DNA of 64,000 nt, from NCBI GenBank assembly GCA_013239625.1, contig MU054738.1:6845083-6909082 (forward strand), written 5' to 3'. Origin of the DNA: Lama guanicoe (lineage: Eukaryota). The translations under genes were made by a program, and so were the position numbers. Of this stretch, positions 11,500 through 23,540 are shown in pieces (the first letter of the stretch is position 1; every line of letters starts with the position of its first letter). The notes below the pieces were generated by a model. The model made no database searches. It was not told the DNA's origin and saw only the letters and a list, made by a program, of their open reading frames with translations.

Positions 11500-12740
11500 G
11501 GGAGCTCGAACAGGCCTGGCGGGGCAGCTTTGTCCAGACTGGGCAGCGGGAGGGGCGGGGCTGTGGGCGGGGCAGCCCAGATCCAGGTGCCGGGCGCAGA
11601 GTCTCTGCACACAGCCCCCCTCCGCCATCTTGAGCTGGGGCTCGTGGGCGGGGCTTCTGCACACGGCTCCCCCCGAGGAGTGCACGTGCGCGGGCGCCCC
11701 GCGAGGGGAACCCTGGTCTGAGGCACCGGGTGCGAGGCCGCTGGACGCGGCGCCCTGGGAGCGACGGGAGCTGGACTCGGCACAGAGGAGGAAAGGTCAG
11801 ACTTTATGGCCCAGGTTCTGTTTCTGTGTCCCGGGAGCTGCTCACCGGCGCCCTCCGCACCCGTATGTCGGGGTGGAAGGCTAGTGAGAAGTTGTGGTCC
11901 TCCCCTGACAGGAAACGCGGTCGAGGGGTGTGGAGCGAGGGTCACGGCAGCCAGGGTCAGGGGGCCAGGGCGCCCCAAGCTCCGTCCTCGGGGGCGCCTG
12001 AATGGGCCCCTCCTGACGGGGAGGCGGCGTCGGCGGGGGAGGTGCCGGGCGCCCGCGGGGCCCTTGGCAGTGCCGCCCCGCCGCCCCCGCGNNNNNNNNN
12101 NNNNNNNNNNNNNNNNNNNNNNNNNNNNNNNNNNNNNNNNNNNNNNNNNNNNNNNNNCGGCCCGCGGCGGCAGCGCGAGGCGCATTCTCCGCGCTCCCGC
12201 GAGGGGTCTGGGCCAGCGCCAGGCGCGGGTGGGCGCCGCCGCAGTGCCCACCCCCGACGCCCCGGGGCTCCTGCTCAGGCCCCGGCCCCCGGTGACCCGG
12301 CGCCTGTCTCCCTTGGTGACCCGTCTCTGGTTTGGGGCCCGGAGACCCACGGCTGTTCGAGCCTCGCCCTGCCGCCTTAGGGTCCTCTGTGCCCCGCCAC
12401 GCGGCTGGGAGGGAGCCTGGGGCCCCCGCGCCTGCTCGCAGGCTCCTGAGGAGAACGCAGCCCTCCAGAGGCCGAGAAGCCGGCTTCCCCCCGTCCTGGG
12501 AGGGGCGGCGGTGTGCGGACCTCGGTCCCCGTCGCCGCTGCAGGTCCGGCACACGTTCGCGTCATGGTGTAGCCCCTGGAGGCAACCCCGTTTCCGGCAG
12601 GGTGCCTAGTGCTGGGAATTGGCTCCCGGGAGTAACAGCTGAGGGAGCCCTGAGGGAGCCCTAGGGGTGAGGAGAGGGGCCGGGCTGTCCCTTCAGGGTG
12701 GGTCCGGGGCAGGGCCGTGAGTGCAGCTTTGCGGATCAAC
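11500..12740 (+). promoter_or_regulatory. CpG-island promoter of an unidentified gene, probably transcribed on + strand
   Basis: Very high GC and CpG density; GC boxes at 11552-11561, 11564-11573 and 11645-11654; YY1 CCGCCATCTTG 11622-11632; E-box CACGTG 11683-11688. Strand is inferred from the predominantly antisense L1/SINE orientation downstream and from + strand splice signals. Confidence 0.85.
12092..12157. other. Assembly gap (66 N) in the CpG-island core
   Basis: N run flanked by nearly pure G/C sequence. Confidence 0.99.
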
Positions 12741-13459
12741 CCAGATTCCCTGTTTGTGCAAGTCTTTCAGGTTCGTGTGCAGATCACTGAGACCTTTCAT
12801 ACTGAACACATGTCACCAATTTGAGTTAAACGGCTCGACCAGAGGCCAGGCCAGCTAATGTGGGTTAGCAGCTGTTGTTGCCCCAGCTTGTCAGATCATT
12901 AGACGTAGGGGCAAGAGAAATCACTAAGTCTGCATCCTTTACTGTTAGATCTGGGGTGACTGAGCACAGGGGAGGGGAACACACCTTCTGGTGCAGCGTG
13001 CAGCGGGGTGACTCCGGGTCCCCACTCCCGGCTTGCCCTGGGGCTTTGGTCCTGCTGGGGCTGGGAGGGCTCCTGCCAGTGTTGTCAGTGATGCCCTGGG
13101 CATCAGGGGCCTGAGGGTTTGTGTGCTTCTGGCTTTCAGCCATTGCTGGGAGCTGACCTAAATGAAGTGAGGGGTGGGTAGGTTCCGTGCACTATTTCCA
13201 CAAGGGGGAGAAAGCCGCCTGTCACCCTGCCTTCCCTGTGGCACCAGCAGCAGCGGCAGGAAAGCTGTTAGTAGCCTTCGGGACAAACACATGGGCAAGT
13301 TTCTTTGTGTCCTTTTCAGGGTGTCTGATTAGCTTCCTTTGCTTTATATATAGTTTTCCAGGAATAGGCAAGTGTGCTTCTCGCTACAAAGATATTAATA
13401 CCTGAAGGAAAACAACCACCAGGGCTGGAACCACTAAGTGAGGAGGAAGGGGTGGCGGG

Positions 13460-13476
13460 GAGAGAGAGAGAGAGAG
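13460..13476. repeat. (GA)n microsatellite, ~8 units
   Basis: gagagagagagagagag. Confidence 0.9.
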
Positions 13477-15534
13477 GTTCCTTGCCATGAAGGGAGGTAC
13501 CAGCGTAGACAAGCCCCGGCCCTTTGGTGTGTGATTCAGATGGTCTGTTTCATAAGCACAGGATGGTCACAGGCTCTTCTACGGCCCACAGGATAAGAAA
13601 CATAGCTGATGATGATTGTATTTTATGTAACTTTACAATTTTATATATTATTATTTGATACTAGAGGTATCAGAATTGGCTGGTAATTCTAGGAAGAGTG
13701 TCGAGAATAATTAGCTGTCATTTGCCAATCACCCGGCAAGGTGGCTCCGCCTCCCTGCTGCTAATTCACCCTCATGGCCGAGAAGTCATGAGAATGAGCC
13801 TCAGCAGTCAGGCCGTCCAGACTCTGAGCTGACCGGTCCCTTGGAGGGTCAGGCACTGCTTAAGGACGACAATCTGGGGGCAACTCTGAAATGGAAAATC
13901 CCGAGTTCTGTGAGCATTCAGGGTGGAAATAAATGTGGATTTATTTCATCAAGGAAGCTTAAGTACAAAGTGAAAAGCAGCCTTTATTGCACAACTGGAA
14001 AATTTAGCTTGCTTGGAGCAAAGGAGACTTCGTTATTTTAATTCAGCTTCCAGTGTTTCATTTTGGGGGAAGCCAGTCTTTGGTTTTTTCGTTAGTCAAA
14101 ACTTTTAAAGCAGCAGATGAGTTTACCTTCAGTTACACCTGTCACACTGGCAGGGTGGACATGTGGCATATTTTTGTGTGCGTTCGAGTTTAAGTCCATC
14201 AAGGTGGGATGAGGGGGTGTGTGAACACTGGGAGAGGCAGGAAAGGGGAGATCTGGGTACTCAGGTACGTGTGCATATGCTGTGAGGGAGGGAGGAGGGT
14301 CTGGGGCTGCGGACTTGGGATGGAAAGGATGCAGATGGGGCCTGTCTCATCTGACTTACATGGCCTTTTTTTCTGAGGTGCAAAAAGGTTTATATCTAAA
14401 GCCTCACAAGAGGGGAGCAGAGTCCAGGCAACCTGCTCCTCTCCAGAGAGCTGCAGAGACTTCAGTTCCCCAAGTCAGGGCTGCCCCAGGGATGGTCAGG
14501 CTCCATGGTGCCCTCGCATTGGGGATGGATGGCTGGGGACGCACCCAGAAGTGCGGAAGTGGGGAGGTTTTGTACTGGGTCACCTGGGCTGAGTGGGAAG
14601 TGCTCCCCAGAATTTTGTGTGGTCTGAGTTAGAGCTGCACGAGAAGTTGTGTGACGTGCAGAGGTCACGGCAGCCAGTGTGGTGACAGGCAGGGGTCTCT
14701 AGGCCACTCCCTCTTCCTCAGTGAGCATCGGCCAGTCGCTGGGGGTCCTCCACTCCTCAGCCAGTTATCTCCCTGCCTGCTGGTCCCAGGCCTGCCTTCC
14801 GCAGGCTTCTCCACTGGCCAGATGCTCAGGGTCTCCGGCCACCTTGGCAAACGCTGCCTTGTACACGCAGCAAGAGGTGCAATTAGCCACTCCCTCTTCT
14901 GGATCCTTGTTTCCCTAGCTTTGCCAACAGTCGTGTAAGGTTTTATTTCTATAATCACAGGGAATGGTTGATCCCCGGAGCTTGGGAGAGAGGGAGAAGG
15001 CAGTCGAATCCTTGAAGAAAGAGCAGCAGATCTGGCCGGTCTAACAGGAGCCCGGGAGGAACGAGGGGCGACCTGTCTGCTGGCCCACGGGCTCGAATCT
15101 CAGTGCAAGTCTCCACTGTGACCTTCTCATCTCAGTGACCTGTGCCTCCAGCAGGCGCTTGTAGACAGAGGCAGCTGTGAATCCACACGGGCTTCACCAG
15201 GCAGCAAGAGTGGTCTGAGTGTGTGGAGAGTTACCCAATCATGTCGACTGTAAAGTCTGTGTGGGATGGATGGGGAGGAAGCTTCCAGAGTGTGTCAGAG
15301 GGCAGGTGGGCGGGGTCCAAGTCTCAAGCAGCCCCCATTAACTGGAAATTTAGCAATAAGCGGCACGTCGGTTAGGAGCCTCCAGGGGAAAACTGCTTAA
15401 TCGTGTCTGGCAACTCCAAAGGCCACAAGGTAACTGTTTTTGTATTCTTACCCCCACAAGTACATGGTCATGGAGCTGGGATTGTAAAAACAGACTTCTA
15501 AGATGAATTTGGGAATAGTCCTTATCTGGACTCC

Positions 15535-15566
15535 CAAACCAACCAACCAACCAACCCACCCACCCC
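15535..15566. repeat. (CCAA)n/(CCCA)n simple repeat
   Basis: ccaaaccaaccaaccaaccaacccacccacccc. Confidence 0.85.
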
Positions 15567-15899
15567 ATTTTGAGCACCATTAAGTTTGTCTGTCTTTGCA
15601 AGGCAGAGGACTTCTTAGTGTTTAAATCATGGAGAGAGCCTAGTCACTCAACCAGACGCATGGTGCTTTTATAAGAACGCTGATAAAATCAGGAAGTCTA
15701 AGTTCTCATCTGGGTGTTCCCAAAGGGTCACTCATTGTCTTTGGGTCCACATTTCTTCATCTGTGAAACAAAGAGGCTGGGCCACATCAGCGGATCAGCT
15801 CTAATCAACTGGAGACTGTCAGGGCTGGAAGAGGGCCAGGAAAGACATCTGCCGGCAGCTTGTGATGGACCGAGACCCAGCTCTTTAGACCAGGGTCTT

Positions 15900-16070
15900 C
15901 CATGCTCAGCCACTTGCCAGTTGTGTGTTTGAGCTTCAGTTCCCTCAATTTTAAAATGTAAATACTGTAGCACCTCTATGATACGGTGCTTGTCGCAGCT
16001 ACATCAGTGTCTGTCTGATACAGTGCCTGGCACCCGTCAGAGTTTAGGGAAATTTAACCATTAGTATTAG
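15900..16070 (+). mobile_element. MIR SINE (a second degenerate MIR fragment lies at ~15700-15790)
   Basis: 'gccacttgccagttgtgtg...gagcttcagttccctcaattttaaaatg...acagtgcctggcac'. Confidence 0.75.
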
Positions 16071-16096
16071 TGTTTGGATTATGTATTCCCTACTTC

Positions 16097-16283
16097 CTGG
16101 TTCCCAAATGCCGCTCTGTGCTCTGATGGCAGAACCAACTGGCTGATTTTAGAAATACTGATTCCTGTTTCCAAAACTGGAGATTTTGGTTCAGTAGGTG
16201 CAGTTTAGGAACAGGAATCTGTATTTCTGGAAAGTTTTTCAGGTTAATGATGACTAGTAGCCTTGTTTTGAAATCCAGGCTCT
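16097..16283. mobile_element. MER5-like hAT MITE
   Basis: 'tggttcccaaa...ttagaaatactgattcctg...ggagattttggttcagtaggt...caggaatctgtatttc...ttgaaatccaggctctag'. Confidence 0.7.
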
Positions 16284-19200
16284 AGCCAACACACACACTT
16301 AGACTCACATACTCAGGTAAACACTCCCCTGTACTCACAGCTACATAATAAAATCTACTTAAAAACAGAATTATAATTCAAAAGAGAATTCCTTAGCCTC
16401 ACAATAGAATGAGTTTCCTTATTCACACCCCATCCTCTTTTAAAGTATTGCAGTGACAGAAAGTGCTTTTTAGCACGGTGAGTAGCCTCCAGTCACAAGT
16501 TCTGACTTTCAAAGAGCCTGCGAGAAAGACTCTCTCCGAGGAATGTGGGTACGTCTGGCATCTGTACATGCCTTCTGCAGGATGGCACACAGCCGGCTCT
16601 CTGGGACGAGTGGAACGTTTCCCTTCTAGTTGCCCTCCAGATGTTTGAGGATGCGAGGAGACAGCCCAAGGGTGAGCAATTTATGAAGCCTGGACCAGTG
16701 AAAAGCCGTGGCTCAGCAGAGCCCTCACTGGGTTCGTCATTCTCCTGCAGAGCCCAGGTCCTTTCATGTGGATGTGCCCTGCCCAGCAGGCCTTCAGTCA
16801 GACAGACTGCAGACTTTTTCATCTCCTGCACTTTGCAGGTTTGCACGTTTGAGGCCCAGAACCAAGTGAGCAGTTGGTGCACATGTGAAGTGGGCATCCT
16901 GGAGCAGACGGATGGTGGATGGTTATCTGGCTTCTCCAGACCCCGAATTAAGCTCATACCATGCAGTTCCCACCCAGCTATGTTGTGCCTTCTCAAGGTT
17001 GCTGAAATTGAATCAAAAGCCAAAAACACATGCTGGCCAGGCTCAGAGAGCAGAGCCGATTGCAAACACATGGCTTAGCAATGCGTAGGATGCTCTGGGG
17101 TGACTTGTGGGGTAGTTGATTAAGTGGGATAATCACAAGAAATGTTATTCAGATCCCTTGCCCTTGCACACAGGCACATGTTGAACTTCTTTTTTTTCTT
17201 ACAAGCACTAAGTAAAAACAAAATCTTGGATGAAGATGCTTAATGACCCCAAAGATGGAAACTAAATTTTGGATTTGATTTTTACAGATGTCAGTGGAAA
17301 ATGCCACATAAAGCAGGATGCTGGGCAGTTAGGATTTCTTGCAGCCTTGAGTGCAATTTCTGGAAAATGGGAGATTAAGATCGTGGCTACAAAGAGTCCA
17401 GAACAGGTATCTTTGGGTCACAAGCAAAAAAGAAATCATGCAGGAGACATATCTGCTCCATTAGTCAAGGATGCCTATGGGTACCAGGCCAGCGCCAAAC
17501 CACATGCTTGAGTTCAGAAAATAGCCCCCGGCTTAGAAGGGGATGGGGAGGGGGTCACAGACAGCCCTGCATCTCCTCCAGAATTCCAGGTTGGAAACAA
17601 ATCTTTACTGGCAAGTGTCCAAGTTGTTTACCTTTGCCAAGTGATTCCTTGGACAAGACTAATCTTAGCAGCACGGGTTAGGGTGGTGTGGGTGGGCTTT
17701 GAACAAGGATGGTGATCCTGCCACATGAAGGAAATGGAATATCCTGCACAGAGACCTTTAGAAAGGCTGCTGGCCATCCGGCCGTTTCACTGTTCGGGAG
17801 TATTTTCTTCTGATGGGACGCTGTAGGGGGTCGAGGGTCTAGTGGGTGGAGAGAGCCCGGGCCCAGCCCTCAGGGCCGTGTTCTTAGCCTGGCTATGTCC
17901 TGGGGCCCCCGTTTCTCCTGTCTCCTTCTGCAGGCTCCCTCTGCGAGAGGAATTCTCAGTTGAGCTCAGCTTCCCGGCCCTCGCCCTTCTCTCTGGTCTG
18001 TTCTCCACAGCTGCCCCTGAAAAATAGACAGGCATGTTCCCTGAGCCCTCGCCATGTGATAACAGCGGGCGGGTTGTGTTTTGAGGATGGACAGTTCAGA
18101 TGCATGAGGAACTGGTGACGGGAACAAAATCTTGGAGGCAGAGTTTTTCCCTATTTCTCCCTTTCGTTGTGTAGCTTTTTCTGAGGTTCGACCTGGCTGG
18201 AGCAGAGGTGAGGATCAGACCTTCGGAATTTAGGAGAAGTGAAGTGAGCGCAGTCAACGAGGCTTTCTGTCGCGTCCCAGTGCTGGGCCTCGTGCCGACA
18301 TTTCCCAGGGGTTCTTGTATGCCGAGAGAAGCGCCAAGACGACTGTGCTTTGGGCTGCGTCTGGGCCTCTTGTCCACCCGTGCGGGGCCTCCCGCAGTAC
18401 GCGGAGCACCTGGACTGCATCTTCCAAAGGTCCTTGGCTCCTTTTGGGGAAACTCTTGTGTATCAACATAACCTGTATGTGAGGATCGTACTGGGAAACT
18501 GGCGGGTAACGAGGAGGGTGGGGAAGACGGTGTGCAGGTTAGCGGTTGGCACTGAGGGCTCAGGGAGGAGGTGCCTGGAGGGCGACTGGGGCTCTTCAGC
18601 GGGGCTTCCTTTTGGGCGGATTTCTGCCTAGTTTTCATTATCACCTCCTTAAGGAGAAAAATTAAATTCTGCCTAGTGAGAGAAATGAAGTACTGAGAAG
18701 TGAGATTTTGTTGAATACCACTGAGCTTTGAAGGGCTACAAACCTTGATAATATCTGAATTTTTTTTTGTCTCCAAGAATCAAATTTTGCCTGTAGATCC
18801 CCCATTAAAAACGGATGGTTTGAAAGTCCAAGTGCACGCCCCACCCAGTTTGTCTGGTTTAGAGGGGCTGGACTTGGCCTCTCCTTGTGAGTCAGAGCAA
18901 GTTCTAGTTTTTCAGATCATCAGATTTTCAAAGCCTGAGCATCTTATAATCACTTTCTAAAGTATTTAATGATCTGATATGTTGCATTTATTACAGTCTT
19001 AGGTAATGTTACAGTTATGTCAGTAAATAGTGTTCATCCAATTTGAGACGCTCAGGCTTTCCTGTAATTGATTAGGGTTGTGAATCTGCCCGTCTCCCAG
19101 TGGTAGTGTCATATACTCGGCACTGGTAGTTCTACCTGCTTCTTTCCACGTGTTTATGTCTGCATTTCCTTGTGCAGTAGACATCTGAGTGTGTGTTGTG

Positions 19201-19309
19201 TGCTGCGTCTGCGACTGCTCCGTGTGTGCTGGTCACACTTCATCCTGTCCACATGTGACCACTGCTCGCTGAGGATCTCTGAGACCCCTTGGTCCAAGCA
19301 GATGTCAGA

Positions 19310-19680
19310 TCCTGTGGAGTCCTTGACCTGCCCTTGACTCGGTCTGACTCATGGTCACCTCCTCAAATGGATTCCCTTTACCACTGTGACACGTGCTGTT
19401 CTTCTGACTCTGCTGACTTCGCTCTTAAATGTCAGAATTCCTCAGAACTCTGCTCTTGGTCCTCCTTTCCTCTGAAGCCATATTCCTGGCCAGGAGTCTC
19501 GCCCTCTATGCCCAAGGCTCCGCAGCTTTCCCTCAAGGCTGGCGTTTCCCCGAGGCCTGCCCTCCGCCCCACCCCACCCCTGGGGGCTGCCTCTCAGTCT
19601 CTGTGAGGATGAAGTCGTCATCTTCCCCAGCCCCGTCTCCTCCCGTGTTTTCTGTCCTGGCTGGTGGTGCCTGTCACCAG
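19310..19680 (+). mobile_element. L2 ORF2 remnant
   Basis: 'ctcttaaatgtcagaattcctcagaactctgctcttggtcctcctttcctct' and 'gtcatcttccccagccccgtctcctccc' are typical of L2. Confidence 0.6.
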
Positions 19681-20224
19681 AATCACCACGGGTTCAGCTG
19701 TGAGACAGACTCTGCAGAAAACTTTTCCACCTCCAGAAACTTGTGTCACTGTTGATCAGGAGCTGGGTAACAGGTGTCCAGAGTCAAATGCTGAAGGTTG
19801 GTCTTATACATTAGAATGATTTTTTCCTAAAAAACACGAACTCCTTAGTTTAAGATCTTTCTGGAGTGACAGAGGAATGGGTGGAGTTCAGGCCACTGTT
19901 TTTGGCAGGCTGCGGGGCATCTTGCATCTCAGGTGATCTACGTCCTGGGTGTCGAGGATGAGGAAAGGTTGGGGACCAGTCACGTCTTGTCCTGTTCCTG
20001 GGAGTTTGTCAGGCTCGACATAGGCACATGCACCAGATGGGAATGATGAGGCTTCAGGAGAGCTCCTGCTCTGTGGCCTTGTCTCTCATTCCCCAGTGCA
20101 GCCGTTCCAAACAGCTTTGGTGGCATAGTTACTCAGGCTGTGCTGTGCCTGGTGTCTTTGCACGAATTCATGTGGCTGCTGGAAACCCTCATTCATTCAT
20201 CCATCAAATATAAATGAAAGGATG

Positions 20225-20474
20225 ACTGGAAATCCTGAAGGAGTTGAAACCAAGAATTCTAACAGATACGTATACACCAGTGTTCTTAGCAGCACTGTTC
20301 ACGGTAGCCAGAAGCAGCTCAGTGCCCTTCAACTGATGAGTGGAGAAATTAAGTATGGGCTATATATGCGATGGGATGTAATTCAGCCACACAAAGGAGG
20401 AAAATACGTTGCATGTACAACACAGATAGAAAGTGAAATAAGCCAGAAACAAAAGGACAGATACCATGAGTCCA
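20225..20474 (+). mobile_element. L1M (L1MB-like) 3' fragment running into a gap
   Basis: 'acagatacgtatacaccagtgttcttagcagcactgttcacggtagcc', 'aagtgaaataagccagaaacaaaaggacagatac'. Confidence 0.85.
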
Positions 20475-20721
20475 NNNNNNNNNNNNNNNNNNNNNNNNNN
20501 NNNNNNNNNNNNNNNNNNNNNNNNNNNNNNNNNNNNNNNNNNNNNNNNNNNNNNNNNNNNNNNNNNNNNNNNNNNNNNNNNNNNNNNNNNNNNNNNNNNN
20601 NNNNNNNNNNNNNNNNNNNNNNNNNNNNNNNNNNNNNNNNNNNNNNNNNNNNNNNNNNNNNNNNNNNNNNNNNNNNNNNNNNNNNNNNNNNNNNNNNNNN
20701 NNNNNNNNNNNNNNNNNNNNN
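20475..20721. other. Assembly gap (247 N)
   Basis: N run, followed by an A-rich tail-like 'taaaaaataaataa'. Confidence 0.99.
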
Positions 20722-23399
20722 TAAAAAATAAATAAGTGGAGGCATGATATTCACCATGACGGTTCTGAGTGTATTTGTACCCCTGTGGGGGTGGAGTTTC
20801 TAGGACAGGAGCCTTGGCTGGTTTCACTGTGTATCCTCAAAGTCCAGCCCAGAGGAGAGGGTGGAGCTGGGTCTCACACCTGAGTGATGAGAGGCAGTGG
20901 CATCTTATTACATGGAGAGATCTTTTTATTGTAATACTCTGAAACTCAGGTGCAGAATTGATTAGTCCCTTCTTCCTCTAAAAATGTGGGATTTATCCCT
21001 TCTGCTGTGGAAGGGGGAGAGAGAAAGGCTGGCCTTGGGCCGGGTGTATGTTTCCTAACAGCAAGCTTTGGGCAGGCCTTGCTGCAGGGCACGGTTGTGG
21101 AACTGTACTTTGAAAAGCAAGTGAAGGTGGGTTGGGGAGGCCTTGATTCTTAGTTCAGAGTGTGCTTTGAGCCTGAGAGGCTGAAGTTTCCTGAGCAGGG
21201 CAGCACGGTGGGAAGGCGTGGATGGAGGGAGATGGCCCCCAGGGACCAGGCGGGCCCTTCCCGTGCAGGCTGGACTCTTGGGGCAGCTTCCAGGAGGCAC
21301 ATGTGGCCCGTGGCTTCAGTGCAGGGCCAGGCGCTGCCCATGTGCAGGTTATAATTACACTGATCAGAGCTGTCTTTTCCCCATGCCTCTCCTTTTTCTT
21401 CTTCACTTTTTTCCTAAAAGAAATTTTAGAAAAGCAGAAAAGAACTCCTCCCCATCTCCTTCAAAGCACTGTGGCACCTTCAGATCTGGGTACTTGAAAG
21501 CTAAGGCTGATCATGATTTCCGATGAACATAACGTGCGTTTGAAATTCTTTTCCACATCAAATTAAATCTGTCTTGGACTGATTTCCTGGAAGTGTTTTT
21601 CATTAGAATAATAGTCCTCAGCTGAGAGATCAGAGGATCAGATACCACAGAAGGGGAAATAGAAACAACGTCATCGTGTGCATCCTCCAGGGAGGTACCC
21701 AGGGGACTTCTGGGGGCTCAGCTGGGGAGAAACTGTCCCTTCTTTAAGCGTGTCCCTGGGGAAATGGCACTGCGTCTGGGGGGCTACCAGTGACTTCAGT
21801 GACAGAATCTTTGTTTTTTTAATGGAAGTATAAAGGAGTAAGAAGTTAGGTTCAGTTAGCCAGCCAACCAACTGACCAAGTTAATTGTGTACCTACTAGC
21901 TGCCCCTCCCTCTGTGGTGCCAGAAATCTAACTGTTGGAAAGACAAAGTCCTTTGAGGAGAGTAAACTCTCAGGACAAGACTCCAGGGATGCAGACAGAG
22001 CTCCAGCCTGTTGGATGATTTTTCTTTCCTGGCCTGAATATGTCCTTCTGTGTAATGCACACTTCGCTTACCTACACAGGTTCTAGGGTGGCGGAGGAAA
22101 TCCTTCTGAAATTCCTTTCTCCTCCTCCCGTCTGAAACTTGACTTGTTTACTGCAGGTTGTTAACGGCCTTGAGAGTGTCTTTAATCCTTAGCCAGGGTC
22201 TTTAAATATAATACATCAATAACAGGTAATTATTCACTTTGAACTCCTTGCTCTTTTCCCTCATACCCTGCAGGGTGAGGCTTGGAACCTTCAAGCACTG
22301 TAGCAGATTCTTCCTATCAGAGTGTCAAGACTCGTAAGGCGTAAGGCGTAAGGCGTCTGTCAAGGAATGCGTTTGCTTACTTTAACGACTCCCCTCTCCC
22401 TCCCTTTACTTCTGACTCTTGCATGGAGCGGGAGGGCTGGTGTTTACCCTGCGGGGTCTCTTCACGCCTAAGGGGTTGGCCCTGTGCACTCACCTCATTT
22501 CCTCAGAAGTTGCATGCAGTGACTTTGTTGCTCCCGGCCTGTCAGGTTATTTCTGTTTTGAATGTGTCCAGGAAAATCCCGTCAAATTCAAAACTTCCTT
22601 TCGCCCCAAACCTATCTTTGATCTGCGAGGCCTGGACACAGCAGTCCGAGCAGCTCACTGTGGGCCTCGGCTCCTTTAGCAGGGTCCTGGGGCAGCATGA
22701 TTTATTGGTTCTGTTGGTCAGCTCGGTGTTGGGTGGCCTGGTCCTTGGCTCTTGTGCATACCTGGATCAGCCCCCGTCCTGAGGACAGCTTTGTCTCTGG
22801 TGTTCTTGGGCACTGTCTGTGAGCGTGGATTTGCCTCCTCTGCGGAAGCCACACGTGCAGTCCCTGATGTGTCCCTTCCTGGCATGTTGGAATGGCCCAG
22901 CGATTGCTCTAACCTTATTGCTGACTCATTGCATTTAGTGGTGCAGGCTTGGTTCTCTGTGCTGATGAAATCTTTATCGCTCACCCTGGGCTCCCTTGTG
23001 CGTATGAAGCGATTTTCTGAACATCAGCTGGCGGGGGATGGGGGACGCTAGTTACTGTTAAGTGCTGTTCAGTCTGAAAGCAAAGGCTTAGGCGTGTAGA
23101 ACAGGTGGTATTTCCTACCTCAGGCTCTCCGAACGGAGGGACACCAGCAGTGAACTGGGAACTCATTTTAGGTCTAAGGTGTTAGCCAGATTTAACTAAA
23201 GGGAAACGGTTGAAGGTGTTAGTTGACATTGAAAAAGTAGTACCCACGTTTCTATACCCAAATAATCAAATTGCATAATTGATTTCTGTGATGTTACTCA
23301 GACGATTTCCTCACTTGCTAATGATAGGAATTCACTTTGAATGTAGACATAACAAGATCTAACAGGATGTTCTGGAGTCTCACTGGGGAGTAATGACTA

Positions 23400-23540
23400 A
23401 TGGAGTGGAAACTTTCACTTTTAAATCTGATTTCATCCTTGACCTTGTTAGTGACCTTTGGCCTATTGCCTACTCTTTCAGTATCTGTTTCCCTGTGATT
23501 ATGTCGGCTCTGCGGTATCAAAGGGGCCTTTACATGTCAT
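23400..23540 (+). mobile_element. Degenerate MIR fragment
   Basis: 'ttagtgacctttggcctattgcctactctttcagtatctgtttccct'. Confidence 0.5.

Noticed and set aside
11484-12739. 200-350 aa ORFs on both strands
   Set aside because: GC-rich CpG island lacks stop codons, the ORFs read through N gaps, and no domain is recognisable
20222-20827. ORFs spanning the second gap
   Set aside because: Artefacts of the N run; the flank is L1
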